DNA of 64,000 nucleotides from Eledone cirrhosa (Eukaryota): NCBI GenBank assembly GCA_964016885.1, contig OZ024750.1, positions 10,850,001 to 10,914,000 of the forward strand, read 5' to 3'. Shown piece by piece: positions 26,901 to 37,202 of this stretch (position 1 is its first letter; each line of letters starts with the position of its first letter). The notes under the pieces were generated by a model. It saw only the letters and a program-made list of their open reading frames with translations, ran no database searches and was not told where the DNA came from. The position numbers and the translations under genes were made by a program.

Positions 26901-28744
26901 TTGAAGAATTCTTCTGAAAGTTGTAGAAATCTTCTTACCCAAGTTGTTTTGCAATTGTTTGGCTCTTCCGGGAGTAAAAGAAGACCGTCTAGCTTTCTTT
27001 TTAGAAAAATGAATTGTATCTTGGTCTAGTTCCATTTCTAAAGTAAAAGAGAGAAATATAAATGATGTGAATAAAATAATACAAACGACTGAGTGTGATA
27101 GGCTTGTGTGAGGATAAAACACAACGGTTATGCTGGTGTCATGGTAAAACACACACTTATCTCTGTAAAGTGGTAGTGCTGGTGTCATGGTAAAACACAC
27201 ACTTATCTCTATAAAATGGTAGTGCTGGTGTCATGGTAAAACACACACTTATCTCTATAAAGTGGTAGTGCTGGTGTCATGGTAAAACACACAGCTATCT
27301 CTATAAAGTGGTAGTGCTGGTGTCATGGTAAAACACACACTTATCTCTATAAAGTGGTAGTGCTGGTGTCATGGTAAAACACACAGCTATCTCTATGAAG
27401 TGGTAGTGCTGGTGTCATGGTAAAACACACAGCTATCTCTATGAAGTGGTAGTGCTGGTGTCATGGTAAAACACACAGCTATCTCTATGAAGTGGTAGTG
27501 CTGGTGTCATGGTAAAATACACAGTTATCTCTATGAAGTGGTAGTGCTGGTGTCATGGTAAAACACAGCTATCTCTATGAAGTGGTAGTGCTGGTGTCAT
27601 GGTAAAACACACAGTTATCTCTATGAAGTGGTAGTGCTGGTGTCATGGTAAAACACACAGCTATCTCTATGAAGTGGTAGTGCTGGATGGTGTCATGGAA
27701 TCACACTGTTATCTCTATAAAGTGGTAGTTCTGGTGTCATGGTAAAACACACACTATTATCTTTATAAAGTGGTAGTGCTGGTGTCATTGTAAAACACAC
27801 AGTTACCTATTTTCCATGATAGCATGAGTTAGACGGGATGTCCCATTTGAGGCAAGTCAGGTCAGGTGACCGATTCTTGCTCAATACAGTACTTCAATCA
27901 AATTTAGTGAAACGAGGTAACTAAGACTACATTATTAAATAATGGGTCCTCAATATTTTAAAGATAATCTAGATTTATATCAACTTTAGCTGTTATTTCT
28001 AGCAGGTTGAACAAACATATAGAAACTCCTTCAGTTCATTAAATACAGGGTGTCTCACAAAAATGTATACACACTTTGATTACCTGTACAGGCAATATTT
28101 ATTAGAATGCTACTGAACTGTGTATATTAGTTATTTATTCCGATAGTCAGTTCAATTTTCGTTTTTACCGTGAAATATTTATGTAATTAAGTAATAGAGA
28201 TATATGTGTTGGATTTTGACAGGTATGGTATTTGTGTTTGTAATTTCAAGCTATCTATATTGTCAACATATCTGAACTTTGTTATTATGTAATTTCATGT
28301 ACAAAGTTTATTTCGATATAATTAAAGAATAAATAAAAAAAATACCAGATACTTTTGCTGTTGTTTATCTGAGGTCAGTCCTGATAAAGCAGAACTATTT
28401 TAAGACGATATAAGACGATTTGAAGGAGAATTAGCTGCTGCTTTTACAGACCTGACAACCTCTAAAAGCCCAAACGGAGTACCATGAAAAAAAGTGCCCC
28501 AAAACAGGGAGGTTTTACATGATGAAAGCTATACCCATTTTCGCAAAAGAAGACATCTTTCCCCCACCCCAAATTCAGTTTAAGTTGACAGGTCTGGTCT
28601 TTAGCAAGGTTGAATACTGACCAAACAGGTACTTCGATGTTTGCATTTTTGATAGCTATATCCCATATAATTAATATCGATGAAATAGATTGGGGCACGT
28701 GCTAACGTTACCCCAGCCTTACCATGCTTTATTGTTAATTTCAT
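17885..28744 (-). CDS. DSN1: Kinetochore protein DSN1/Mis13 homolog (MIS12 complex), spliced gene, ~263-271 aa
   Basis: Hand-assembled exons (minus): 28723-28744 (tentative), 26939-27037, 26108-26181, 24995-25058, 24097-24172, 22602-22670, 20555-20626, 19146-19290, 18132-18225, 17885-17985. All junctions are GT-AG with matching phases and no internal stops. Protein: ..MELDQDTIHFSKKKARRSSFTPGRAKQLQNNLDVTCNIKQSLPADLQLSELAKKCVK...SVNPVGKTLETTIGSYKSLINTYEEESSCWDEMK...MKATPRRLLKRII... It shows the Dsn1 layout: basic RRxS motif, IxxxLPxxxxLxxL head, NP..ExxxW helix and C-terminal PxxLL. Identity is from motif recall, not a search. Confidence 0.75.
18132..18225 (-). CDS. DSN1: DSN1 exon (MKYLQTASNILHESARDIHSQVDDLHSSFTK)
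   Basis: tcacag acceptor, gttagt donor, phase 0/1; coiled-coil-like sequence. Confidence 0.8.
19146..19290 (-). CDS. DSN1: DSN1 exon (QDIKKLKNYEDLPEV..IDRALIQADIS)
   Basis: ttgtttag acceptor, gtaagt donor, phase 2/0. Confidence 0.85.
19322..19540 (-). mobile_element. SINE S1 (long variant)
   Basis: Same consensus. Further partial or degenerate copies at 17784-17875(+), 22711-22790(-), 26558-26700(-), 29929-30100(-). Confidence 0.9.
19820..20452. repeat. 48-bp minisatellite (~13 copies) in a DSN1 intron
   Basis: gtgtgggccaggcactttttgttgtgtcaccaacgcaaccactttaca. Confidence 0.95.
20555..20626 (-). CDS. DSN1: DSN1 exon (YEEESSCWDEMKSKTKKMANDAEL)
   Basis: aaacag acceptor, gtaagt donor, phase 2/2. 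Confidence 0.85.
20676..22073. repeat. Compound (CAC/CAT/CAG/TAC) triplet array with higher-order duplications
   Basis: accaccaccactacaacc.. units; produces the Gly-, His-, Thr- and Val-rich ORFs. Confidence 0.9.
22602..22670 (-). CDS. DSN1: DSN1 exon (CSVNPVGKTLETTIGSYKSLINT)
   Basis: ttacag acceptor, gtaagt donor, phase 2/2. Confidence 0.85.
23817..24034. mobile_element. piggyBac-type MITE, second copy
   Basis: Same internal sequence and termini as 14070; a related element with a triplicated left end lies at 18458-18828. Confidence 0.75.
24097..24172 (-). CDS. DSN1: DSN1 exon (VEAAVNAKINEMIDQNIFYNFTHKES)
   Basis: tttcag acceptor, gtatgt donor, phase 1/2. Confidence 0.85.
24290..24985 (-). 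mobile_element. Three tandem SINE S1 copies
   Basis: ~235-bp period; the spacer cccttggtggttatt is repeated after each copy. Confidence 0.85.
24995..25058 (-). CDS. DSN1: DSN1 exon (CTLNILTNDIPSLEETNICDE)
   Basis: poly-T cag acceptor, gtaatt donor, phase 0/1. Confidence 0.85.
25089..25170. mobile_element. Tc1/mariner-type MITE
   Basis: TA-CAGGGTGTCCCCCAAAAATGTATA ... TATACATTTTTTGGAGACACCCTG-TA; single ends at ~28043 and ~59170-59200. Confidence 0.75.
26108..26181 (-). CDS. DSN1: DSN1 exon (DVTCNIKQSLPADLQLSELAKKCVK)
   Basis: tttcag acceptor, gtatgt donor, phase 1/0. Confidence 0.85.
26939..27037 (-). CDS. DSN1: DSN1 exon, basic Aurora B-site region (MELDQ..KKKARRSSFTPGR..NNL)
   Basis: ttttactttag acceptor, gtaaga donor, 99 nt, phase 1/1. 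Confidence 0.8.
27130..27805. repeat. 46-bp minisatellite (~14 copies)
   Basis: gtggtagtgctggtgtcatggtaaaacacacagctatctctatgaa. Confidence 0.95.
28723..28744 (-). CDS. DSN1: DSN1 putative exon 1 (MKLTIKH+G)
   Basis: ATG with an upstream in-frame stop, followed by a G|GTAAGG donor. Phase 1 matches the AA start of the next exon. Alternatively the ATG at 27035 is the start codon. Confidence 0.4.
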
Positions 28745-30100
28745 TGCCACGTTATTATGAATGAGGAAATGGTAAATAAAGTTAATATAACTTCAAAATA
28801 AACACCACAGAATTAACTTAAATGTGATTAAACGCCATAAAAAGAATGATACAAGTGAAAACTTCTTGAAGTTGTTATTTGTTGACTTTTCAATAAAAGG
28901 AAAGAAAATATGCCGACAAAAACGAAATGAAAATGCTACAAACTTGATAATACAAACCTTAATATTTTTTTAGTAATTAAAACTTAATTTGTAATAGTTT
29001 AAATATAAGACAAAAATATTGCATGTATTCAAAAAGTATCCATTTTGCCTCTGTTTTCAATTTCATCCAATAGAAATGCGTTTTACAAAACATGTGTTCT
29101 AAACATCCAATGAGAGGCGACTTTACAAATTCAGTACAGATAATGTTGAAAATGACAACACAAAAGTTTAACACAGAAGTTTATTTATTTTCAACCCTAA
29201 TTATTAAGATAATTTAAACTCTAACACTAATCCGAACACAACACTAAAACTAATTATATTTACCGGGGACGGGTAAAATAAGCTTAAAAAGCGTGTTTGT
29301 TTATTTTACTGGGACCGCCCTATTCGATCGAAAAAAAAAAAAAAACTTTTAAAAAGTAAATTTAATTGTTAAAAATAAAATATTTTTAAATTTAATTTGT
29401 TCGTAAGTGACTTTTAGGATATTTCCTCACTCATAACTGAATGTGTTATTACAACGAAAGAAATATCGCGCAGTGAAGCAAAATCAATCACAGTCTGGAG
29501 ACTCCATAGAAATTATATTAAGCATTAAAATAAAATAAATCAGTCCTCTAGGTAGTTATTTCTTAATCAAATATCTAAATTACTCTAATTATTACTAAAA
29601 AAAAATTATAACTCCGTTGACAATCATCAGATATTGTGGAATAGAATGTCAATGGCTAAAGAAATTGTTAGGGGACATAACTCTGCAAATGACTTTACAA
29701 AATTACTTCCCTTTGAAAATGAAATAATATTTTCCTCGACATCGCAGAAGCATTAGAAAAGAAAAAGAAATCAAACGATAAACCCAAGCCATACAACATA
29801 GACCATTGTTGTTGTTGTTTTAAAGGTTCACAACTACATAGATTTAGCAAGTGTTCCATGAATATATAACTGGACAGATCAAACATTTTTATTCACAGTT
29901 CTTTCAGAATGAAAATATAAACACATATAATTGTTTCTACTTTTTGGCACAAGGCCAGTAATTACAGGTACATTACAGGTACTTTATTTTATCGACCATG
30001 TAAGGATGAAAAGCAAAGTTAACCTCGTCGGGATTTGAACTCAGACCGTAAAAAAGGGACGTAACTCTATGCTGGAAAGCATGGTGTCTGACCCTCCACC

Positions 30101-30311
30101 GTTTGCTGTCGTACCCTTGGCAGTGGAGACTTCTGGTGTCCTCGGCCCTAGGGCTACCTCCCTGCTCACCACCATAGACGCTGAGCTGGCCAGCCGCAGG
30201 TGTGAGCCTCGCGAGTTGGAATGGCTCTTCCAGCGCGTCTCCCTTACCATCCTCCGAGGAAACGCCTTCTCCATTCTCTCCGCCGGGACAGTGGGGAGGC
30301 CATCAATATGA
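30101..30311 (+). mobile_element. CRE-like non-LTR retrotransposon, restriction-like endonuclease C-terminal fragment
   Basis: VPLAVETSGVLGP..WLFQRVSLTILRGNAFSIL. Confidence 0.75.
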
Positions 30312-30518
30312 TTACTTAACCCTTTCTGTACCTTATAGTATTAACTCCTTACTTTAGCTAGAGTTTTTTTTAGATGGTTGATCTTTTCTAATACTTGTCA
30401 AGTCATTATACACTTATACATACACATATAAATACGTACCGCGTAGTTATGGGCTCTACGCCTAGTGCTGCTCCATGATGCTTTTCAGTGGCTGATAATA
30501 CATTACCGGCGCCACTCG

Positions 30519-30718
30519 CACTCAGTGCTCCTGTGGGAGCCCTTGCATGGACACACTGGAAGAGGAAGACCGATATTAACGTATGTTGATGCCCTAAGGA
30601 CAGACACTGGTCTGTTGAAGACGCAGGACATGGCAGCGATAATGAGGGACAGAGACCGCTGGAGAGAGCTCGTCCATGGATCTCGGGAATTTTACTCACC
30701 CTAGATAGATAGATAGAT
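30519..30718 (+). mobile_element. RTE-like LINE 3' fragment (family A)
   Basis: HSVLLWEP..EFYSP plus (TAGA)n tail. Confidence 0.9.
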
Positions 30719-30746
30719 GCGTACTGTTTTCTGTATATATATATAT

Positions 30747-30873
30747 AGTTTTAATATAGATGAGATTCTACAGGACTAGAACTGTTTCATTCTTTAGAAA
30801 TCATCAGGAATCCTGATGATTTCTAAAGAATGAAACAGTTCTAGTCCTGTAGAATCTCATCTATATTAAAACT
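30747..30873. repeat. Perfect palindrome, 63-bp arms, 1-nt centre
   Basis: Centre ..catcagga-a-tcctgatg..; followed by a PLE-like tail and (TA)n. Confidence 0.95.
30810..30855 (+). ncRNA. Hammerhead-like motif inside a perfect palindrome (present on both strands)
   Basis: CTGATGA-tttc taaa gaat-GAAACAG ttctagtc CTGTA; stem I is truncated at the fold-back centre. Confidence 0.55.
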
Positions 30874-31263
30874 TTTATACTCTGCAATGTATTGAGTACC
30901 TTACTTACTGTGGTTACCTCCGATTCAACCCGGAATAACGTACCGTATATATATATATATATTAGCTATTGCCAGGAACCTCACAAATACAATACACCAA
31001 AATATATGACAAGAGCGAGAGAAAGAAGAAAAGAAATAAAAAAGAAAGAAAAACAAAAACGACCATTAATTCACCACCAAGTGCGACAATCTCATACACG
31101 CCCCCACATGCTCTCTCTCTCACACACATACACACTCACTCACTCACACCCACACATGCACCCTCACACAGCCACATCATTTCTCTTTCCCTCTCTCTCT
31201 CTCTCACACACACATACACACTCACTCACACCCACACATGCACCCTCACACAGCCACATCATT

Positions 31264-31298
<35 letters not shown>

Positions 31299-31723
31299 TA
31301 CACACTCACTCACTCACACCCACACATGCACCCTCACACAGCCACATCATTTCTCTCTCCCTCTCTCTCTCCCACACACATACACACTCACTCACTCACA
31401 CCCACACATGCACCCTCACACAGCCACATTATCTCTCTCCCTCTCACACACACTCACACACAGCCACTCACACCCTTACACCCACAGCCTCTTTCTCTCT
31501 CATACACATACACAGATACCCACCCACACCCTCACACACACCCACATCACACCAACCCACACATCCTTTCTCCCTCTCTCTCTCTCACACACCCACACCC
31601 ACACACATCCGCTCTCTCCCAGACACCCTCCACCCTCACACACACTAGAAAGTTATTGAAGCAACAGAGATGTGTTAAAGTTCTCCGTTGTATATCAGTA
31701 AATATTGCAGGAAATATAAAATA

Positions 31724-31865
31724 CTAGCAGAATGGCCCGGCGTTGCTCGGGATTTGCTCTCGGGTTCTTATATATTGATATATATTTATCCTTATCGAGC
31801 CTCGTGAAATAGGTACGTTTGTTTATATTTTGTTATTGTGTACACGATATCTGTACACGAATATA

Positions 31866-31905
<40 letters not shown>

Positions 31906-32361
31906 ATAACAGATTAAAGTTTAAGCAAAGAATCGCTGCTTTCCCCCTTAACGGGATCTTCTGAAACTAAAAAAAAATCAATCTGTGAACGCAGAAGTAA
32001 ATATTTCGAAAAACGTTACACACTATATATATATATACACACACTATATATAGATATATACACACACATATACCGACGTCATAATGTCGTAATGCAGACA
32101 GCCAGACATACAGACAGATATTATAAGGGCGCAACGTTATATCTATGTATCTATCTAAAAAGAAAGACTAAGAATTATAGAGAGAGATCGCTAAATCGCC
32201 TAATGCGGTCCGTAGGGCATTGAAAATTTGAAATTCTTTTTGCTCAAAACACTCACACGACCATAAGTATTACATGTGTAAAGTTTGAAAACAATCGGTT
32301 GGGTGGTTCTCGAGTTTTAGGGAGTCCGACAGACAGACATTCTCTGTTTTAGATATATAGA
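31724..32361 (-). mobile_element. Non-autonomous Helitron-like element
   Basis: Minus strand starts A|TCTATATAT..(GTCT)n and ends with the hairpin cccgagcaacgccggg plus CTAG|T. Confidence 0.65.
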
Positions 32362-32889
32362 TAAAACTTTTAATGTATCCGACGTCTCAGAGGACGGCTT
32401 ATATAAAAACCGGAACAAAACAAAACGAAGTCCAGGCGACACACACATATATATGTTTGTAAACATTGTAAGTGAAGATATCAAGGATCGATATGATTAT
32501 ATCAATAATCCTAAACATTCCAAGCTTTAACGAATATAAATATTGTGATTTTTACCGGATTTTAAAAAACTGTTATGGTTGACTTGTTTTATATTTTGAA
32601 TGGACAAATCTAAAGTGATCTGTTTTCATTTTCTGAACTAAACTTTGAATGAATTTATTGATTTCTAAATTGTATGAATACTCCTTCATTGTTAATCGAT
32701 AAATAGAAACGACATTGGCTACGCAGTTGATTTGGTTTTATGTGTCTGTAGACTGTCGAATGAGTCTTGTTTTGACATGAAAATAACGGCTAAATGTAGA
32801 GAACATGTGATCTAAATGTAGAGAATATGTGATCCACGGAAACATGTGGCATGAATAAAATTGATTCAGCTGGTTGGCGTGTATACCTC

Positions 32890-33295
32890 TCACGCTTATC
32901 TGTCGTTGTACTTAAAAGGAGAGTAAGATTTGCTGGCCACTGCCATCGTGCCAACTACGAGGCTGTGTCCCCATTAGTACTTTAGAAACCACAAGCAGTC
33001 ACTAATAACAGGGGGCGCAAGCTCTCCTATCCCGATGTCATCTCCAGAGATTCTGGTATTGAAATCCAGGACTTGGCAACGGCAATGAACGACAGACCCA
33101 CGTGGAGATCAATTGTTGAGTACATTTCGGCTGAGGCCGGATGACGATGACGATGATGATGACGACGACGATGACGACGACGATGACGATGATGATGACG
33201 ATGATGATGATGATGATGATGATGATGACGATGACGATGGTGACGACGATGACGATGATGATGTCGATGATGATGACGATGATGATGATGATGTA
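32890..33295 (+). mobile_element. Related LINE 3' fragment with expanded (GAT/GAC)n tail
   Basis: RRVRFAGHCHRA..SYPDVISRDSG..LATAMNDRPTWRSIV, then a GAY triplet array. Confidence 0.75.
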
Positions 33296-33574
33296 TGTCG
33301 CAAACAGACCATATGTTGCAGCTATAGAGGAGAACGATGAGTATAACTGTTTAGTTGACATTCAACTTGGTAATAATATTGAGACATTCACCTTCCCAAA
33401 CTGTTGAGTGCAGTCTTAAACAAATCTAATCTTGCTTCTTTTTACGACTTTATGTGGTTGGACTATATTGTATGGTTGGATATGTTGAAGAGAGAACCTA
33501 GGATTTAATAGTCCAATTGTCACAGCAGACCCTTTAAAACAAGTATTGAAATCATTATAGAAAGAAACTAGGCC

Positions 33575-34248
33575 AGTGGATTGGCAGTATCAGACACCAT
33601 GCTTTGCAGCATAGAGTTACGGCCCTTTATGTAGTTTTTATACTTCTCCAATCTGACTGAAGAAATAATTAAAAGGGTCGCCTGAAACGTTCATAGGTTG
33701 AAATGTTCATAGGCTGACCAAGATACTCTCATGTGATGACCAAATGAGGTTTATCTGTCAATATAATCCATGGAAAGAAACAAGTTCAAATCCCGCCGAG
33801 GTTAACTTTGCCTTTCATCCTACGGGGTCGATAAAATAAAGTACCAGTCACGCATTGGGGTCGATTTAATCGACTTTCCTCTACCCCAAAATTGCTGGCC
33901 TTGTGCCTATATAAGAAACCATTATATAAAGAAACTAAATACTGCAAAATATTTTGTCTGGCGATTTACCGAAGTTGGCAATCTACATATTTCTGGAATG
34001 AATGCTTCTAAAAAATGTCCTTTCTTAACATTTCCGTTTCTGTAAAATAGATCCATATAATTATTTCTACTTTTGGCACAAGGCTAGCAATTACCCAGTG
34101 CATTACTGGTACTTTATTTTATCGACCCCGTAAGGATGAAGGGCAAAGCTAGCCTTGGCGGGATTTGAACTCAGAATGGCAATGGCCGTAACTCTATGCA
34201 TCAAAGCATGGCGTCCGACCCTGTACCGATACTGCCAATCCACCGCCC
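33575..34248. mobile_element. Two SINE S1 copies (interrupted + copy 33575-33925; - copy 34060-34248)
   Basis: Consensus match; the + copy is split by an insert at ~33632-33783. Confidence 0.8.
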
Positions 34249-34924
34249 TCCATATAATGACCAATGCATATCTTAAGAATTTCGCATCACAACCAATAGG
34301 TTGATTTGTCAGGCAATGAGTATTAAAGATAATGTCAATGCCAAATAGATTATCTTCAAGATAGATTGTTAGACAGTAGTGTATGGACAATTTAGTTATG
34401 ACCGAAAAGAAAAGAAAAAAAAAACAACAAAAAAAAAACGATGTTAGCACAATACATCATTAACTTTAAAAGAAGTCAATATTTGCTTTAATCGAAGATG
34501 ATTACATTGTAAATTCAATAATAGCAGAAAAATTATCCCTCTGACATACAAAAGAAAGAACCAATTCATTCTCCTTCGAGTATTTACACAAATTATAGAT
34601 AATATTGTAGGAGTCACCCCAACCTCAACCTTAAAAAAAAATCAGATCATTTAAGTACAAATGGTCTGCAATTTAATATAACAAATGCACAGGGTAAAGG
34701 AAAATGATAAGAATGTAAAAACGGATGATATTAAAACTATCGTAATTACTTTGTTTTGAGTAATATTAGGTAATGAAAGTAAATTAATACTTGCCATGGT
34801 CACAGAAAACTTGTGGCAGGAACAAATGAAATTCATTTGAGTATATATGTATATTTGTGGTGTGTACGTATGTATGTTGTCAATTTGCTTTTACAACTCT
34901 CTCTCTCTCCCCCCCCCTCTCTCT

Positions 34925-34972
<48 letters not shown>

Positions 34973-35120
34973 AACCAAAAGTTTAACAAGGTTCATTGAT
35001 TAATCAATGAATAAAGTTTTACAATAGATTAGAAGCACTCAACAGTGAGGTTTTCTGGAGTTATTAATATTACTTCAAAATATTAATAAATATAGACATT
35101 CATGTGATCAAATATATTTT

Positions 35121-35178
35121 ATTATACATATTTCAGAGGTACTGAGCTATTTCATCAATACGTCCTCATCAGATAAAA
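35121..35178 (-). ncRNA. Type I hammerhead-like motif
   Basis: TTTTAT-CTGATGA-ggacgtattga[loop]tcagtacctct-GAAATATGTATAAT; stem II differs from the 1114 copy but still pairs. Confidence 0.6.
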
Positions 35179-36035
35179 TAAATTGATGTCTGACATACCT
35201 CAACTGTGCTGATGGTTAAATTCCAGTCTTGGCAGTGATTAGTTATGACAAAACTCAATATTTATATACCATATGTTGTAACATGAAAAACGACATATAA
35301 TAGAGAGGGTACGTAGGAAAAGATGTATAAAAAATATATAATAATAAATATAATAAGTATATATATAAAGGCAAGTAAAAAATATAAACATATAAGTACA
35401 TAACTGTTAAAAATTTAAATAATAAAATATGTATACCTCCGTATTATAGGAGAAAATGAGAGAGCGAGGGAGCTAACTAGAGGAGAGAAAGAAAAGGAAA
35501 GAGAGATGATACTAAAAACAAAGAAAGGGAGATATGTGTGGTGACATATAATTACACAAGGAGAAGGAGAATCAAGGTATATGATGCGCGTGACCGTTTT
35601 TTTTTCAAATATTAAGTTAATTAGAACTAATCAATTAATTAAATAACTTGAAATTTTTAGACTATAATATTTGAAAGAACCTATATTATTGTATTATATT
35701 AAAATTAAAACAAATATATAGTGAAAAAGATAATTTAACATAATTCCAAGGGTAATCAAGAGTATATTTAAATTATTAAATATAGTCAATAATTTAGTTA
35801 GAAAGATCAAAATTAAAAATGTTATTAACTAACCATAAAGCTTATAAATGTAGTAAATATGATATTATGAAACCAGATTTATTTAGATATAAGCATTTGT
35901 ATAGTTAATAATTTAGTTAAATCAAAATTATAACACTTTTAAGTGTAATTATAACTAATAATTAATATTATATATAATTCACAAATATCGATTTCAATCT
36001 TGTAGTTTATATAAGAACTATACAAATGCTTATAT

Positions 36036-36746
36036 CTAAGTTCAAAATACAAACTAGCGCCATACAAAACTGCCCCAACAAATGAATGATGAAACAATTT
36101 TGTCTAGTACCGTGTGCAAAGACTGAAAATAGCAGCCGTTCAAATGACCAAAGGTTTCTCTACCGTGGGGGAGAATAATAATAAAAGTATGTGTTCCTAC
36201 ATGTAAATAATACACATAGGGATACAAGTATAGTCCGACCGTATGCCAGTGTGGTTCAATGGCAAGTTAATACATTAACAAGCCAGAACATATAAAATCA
36301 AGGGAAAGCAAATAAAGAAAAAAATTTTAAATAAATTTCAAAAAATTCACTGTACTAGACAAAATTGCACACGGTACTAGACGAAATTGTTTCATCATTC
36401 ATTTGTTGGAGAAGTTTTGTATGGCGCCAGTTTGTATTTTAAACTCAGGAATCTTATATTCTCCGAGAGAGAAAAGCCTTCTGACGAGGATCTCTTTCTC
36501 AATGGAAATCCGCTTGGATTATCTATTTGTTTTGGGATCTGAAACCGCTGTAAAGGCACATATAGTAAGTATAGTGAATTTTTTGAAATTTATTTAAAAT
36601 TTTTTTCTTTATTTGCTTTCCCTTGATTTTATATGTTCTGGCTTGTTAATTTATTAACTTGCCATTGAACCACACTTGCATACGGTCGGACTATACCTAT
36701 ATCCCTATGTGTATTATTTACATGTAGGAACACATACTTTTATTAT
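36036..36746. mobile_element. Retrozyme/PLE-like non-coding element, two partial copies in inverted orientation
   Basis: 36036-36352 and 36364-36746 are permuted inverted copies of one unit homologous to 39336-39945; carries the hammerhead at 36476. Confidence 0.7.
36476..36557 (+). ncRNA. Type I hammerhead ribozyme
   Basis: GCCTT-CTGACGA-ggatctc...gggatct-GAAAC cgct GTA-AAGGC. Confidence 0.85.
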
Positions 36747-36747
36747 G

Positions 36748-36925
36748 TTGGCAGTATCGGTAGAGGGTTGGACGCCATGCTTTCTAGCATAGTTACGTCC
36801 CTTTACAGTCTTAGTTCAAATCCCGCCGAGGTTAACTTTGCCTTTCATCCTTACGGGGTCGATAAAATAAAGTACCAGTAATGTACTGGGTAATTGCTGG
36901 CCTTGTGCCTAAAGTAGTAACAATT
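36748..36925 (+). mobile_element. SINE S1, ~230 bp upstream of the PLA2-like ATG
   Basis: Consensus match; another copy at 38100-38287(-). Confidence 0.9.
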
Positions 36926-36931
36926 ATATAT

Positions 36932-36975
<44 letters not shown>

Positions 36976-37150
36976 ATGAATGAATAACGATGAAACCAAA
37001 ATGACAAATTCTTTCTTTCATTCTTTCCTTCTTTCTTTCTTTCTTTCTTACCGTTCTTTAGAACAACGCTGTGATAATGAAGATTATTAATTGTTTTGTT
37101 TAGTTGCTATGGTTTCACTCAAGAGTCCTTTTTACGTCAAATCAGTAACA

Positions 37151-37202
37151 ATGGTTTTATTCCGTTATTGGATGTATTTCGCTATTTGCATCTTTGTTCC
37201 GG
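37151..37202 (+). CDS. PLA2-like exon 1 (signal peptide)
   Basis: acaATGG start, hydrophobic [18 protein letters not shown]|gtaaga donor at phase 1 matching exon 2. Confidence 0.7.

Noticed and set aside
33109-33407. Poly-Asp/poly-Ser ORFs (also poly-His at 55953-56135)
   Set aside because: (GAT/GAC)n triplet expansions; the first is a LINE tail
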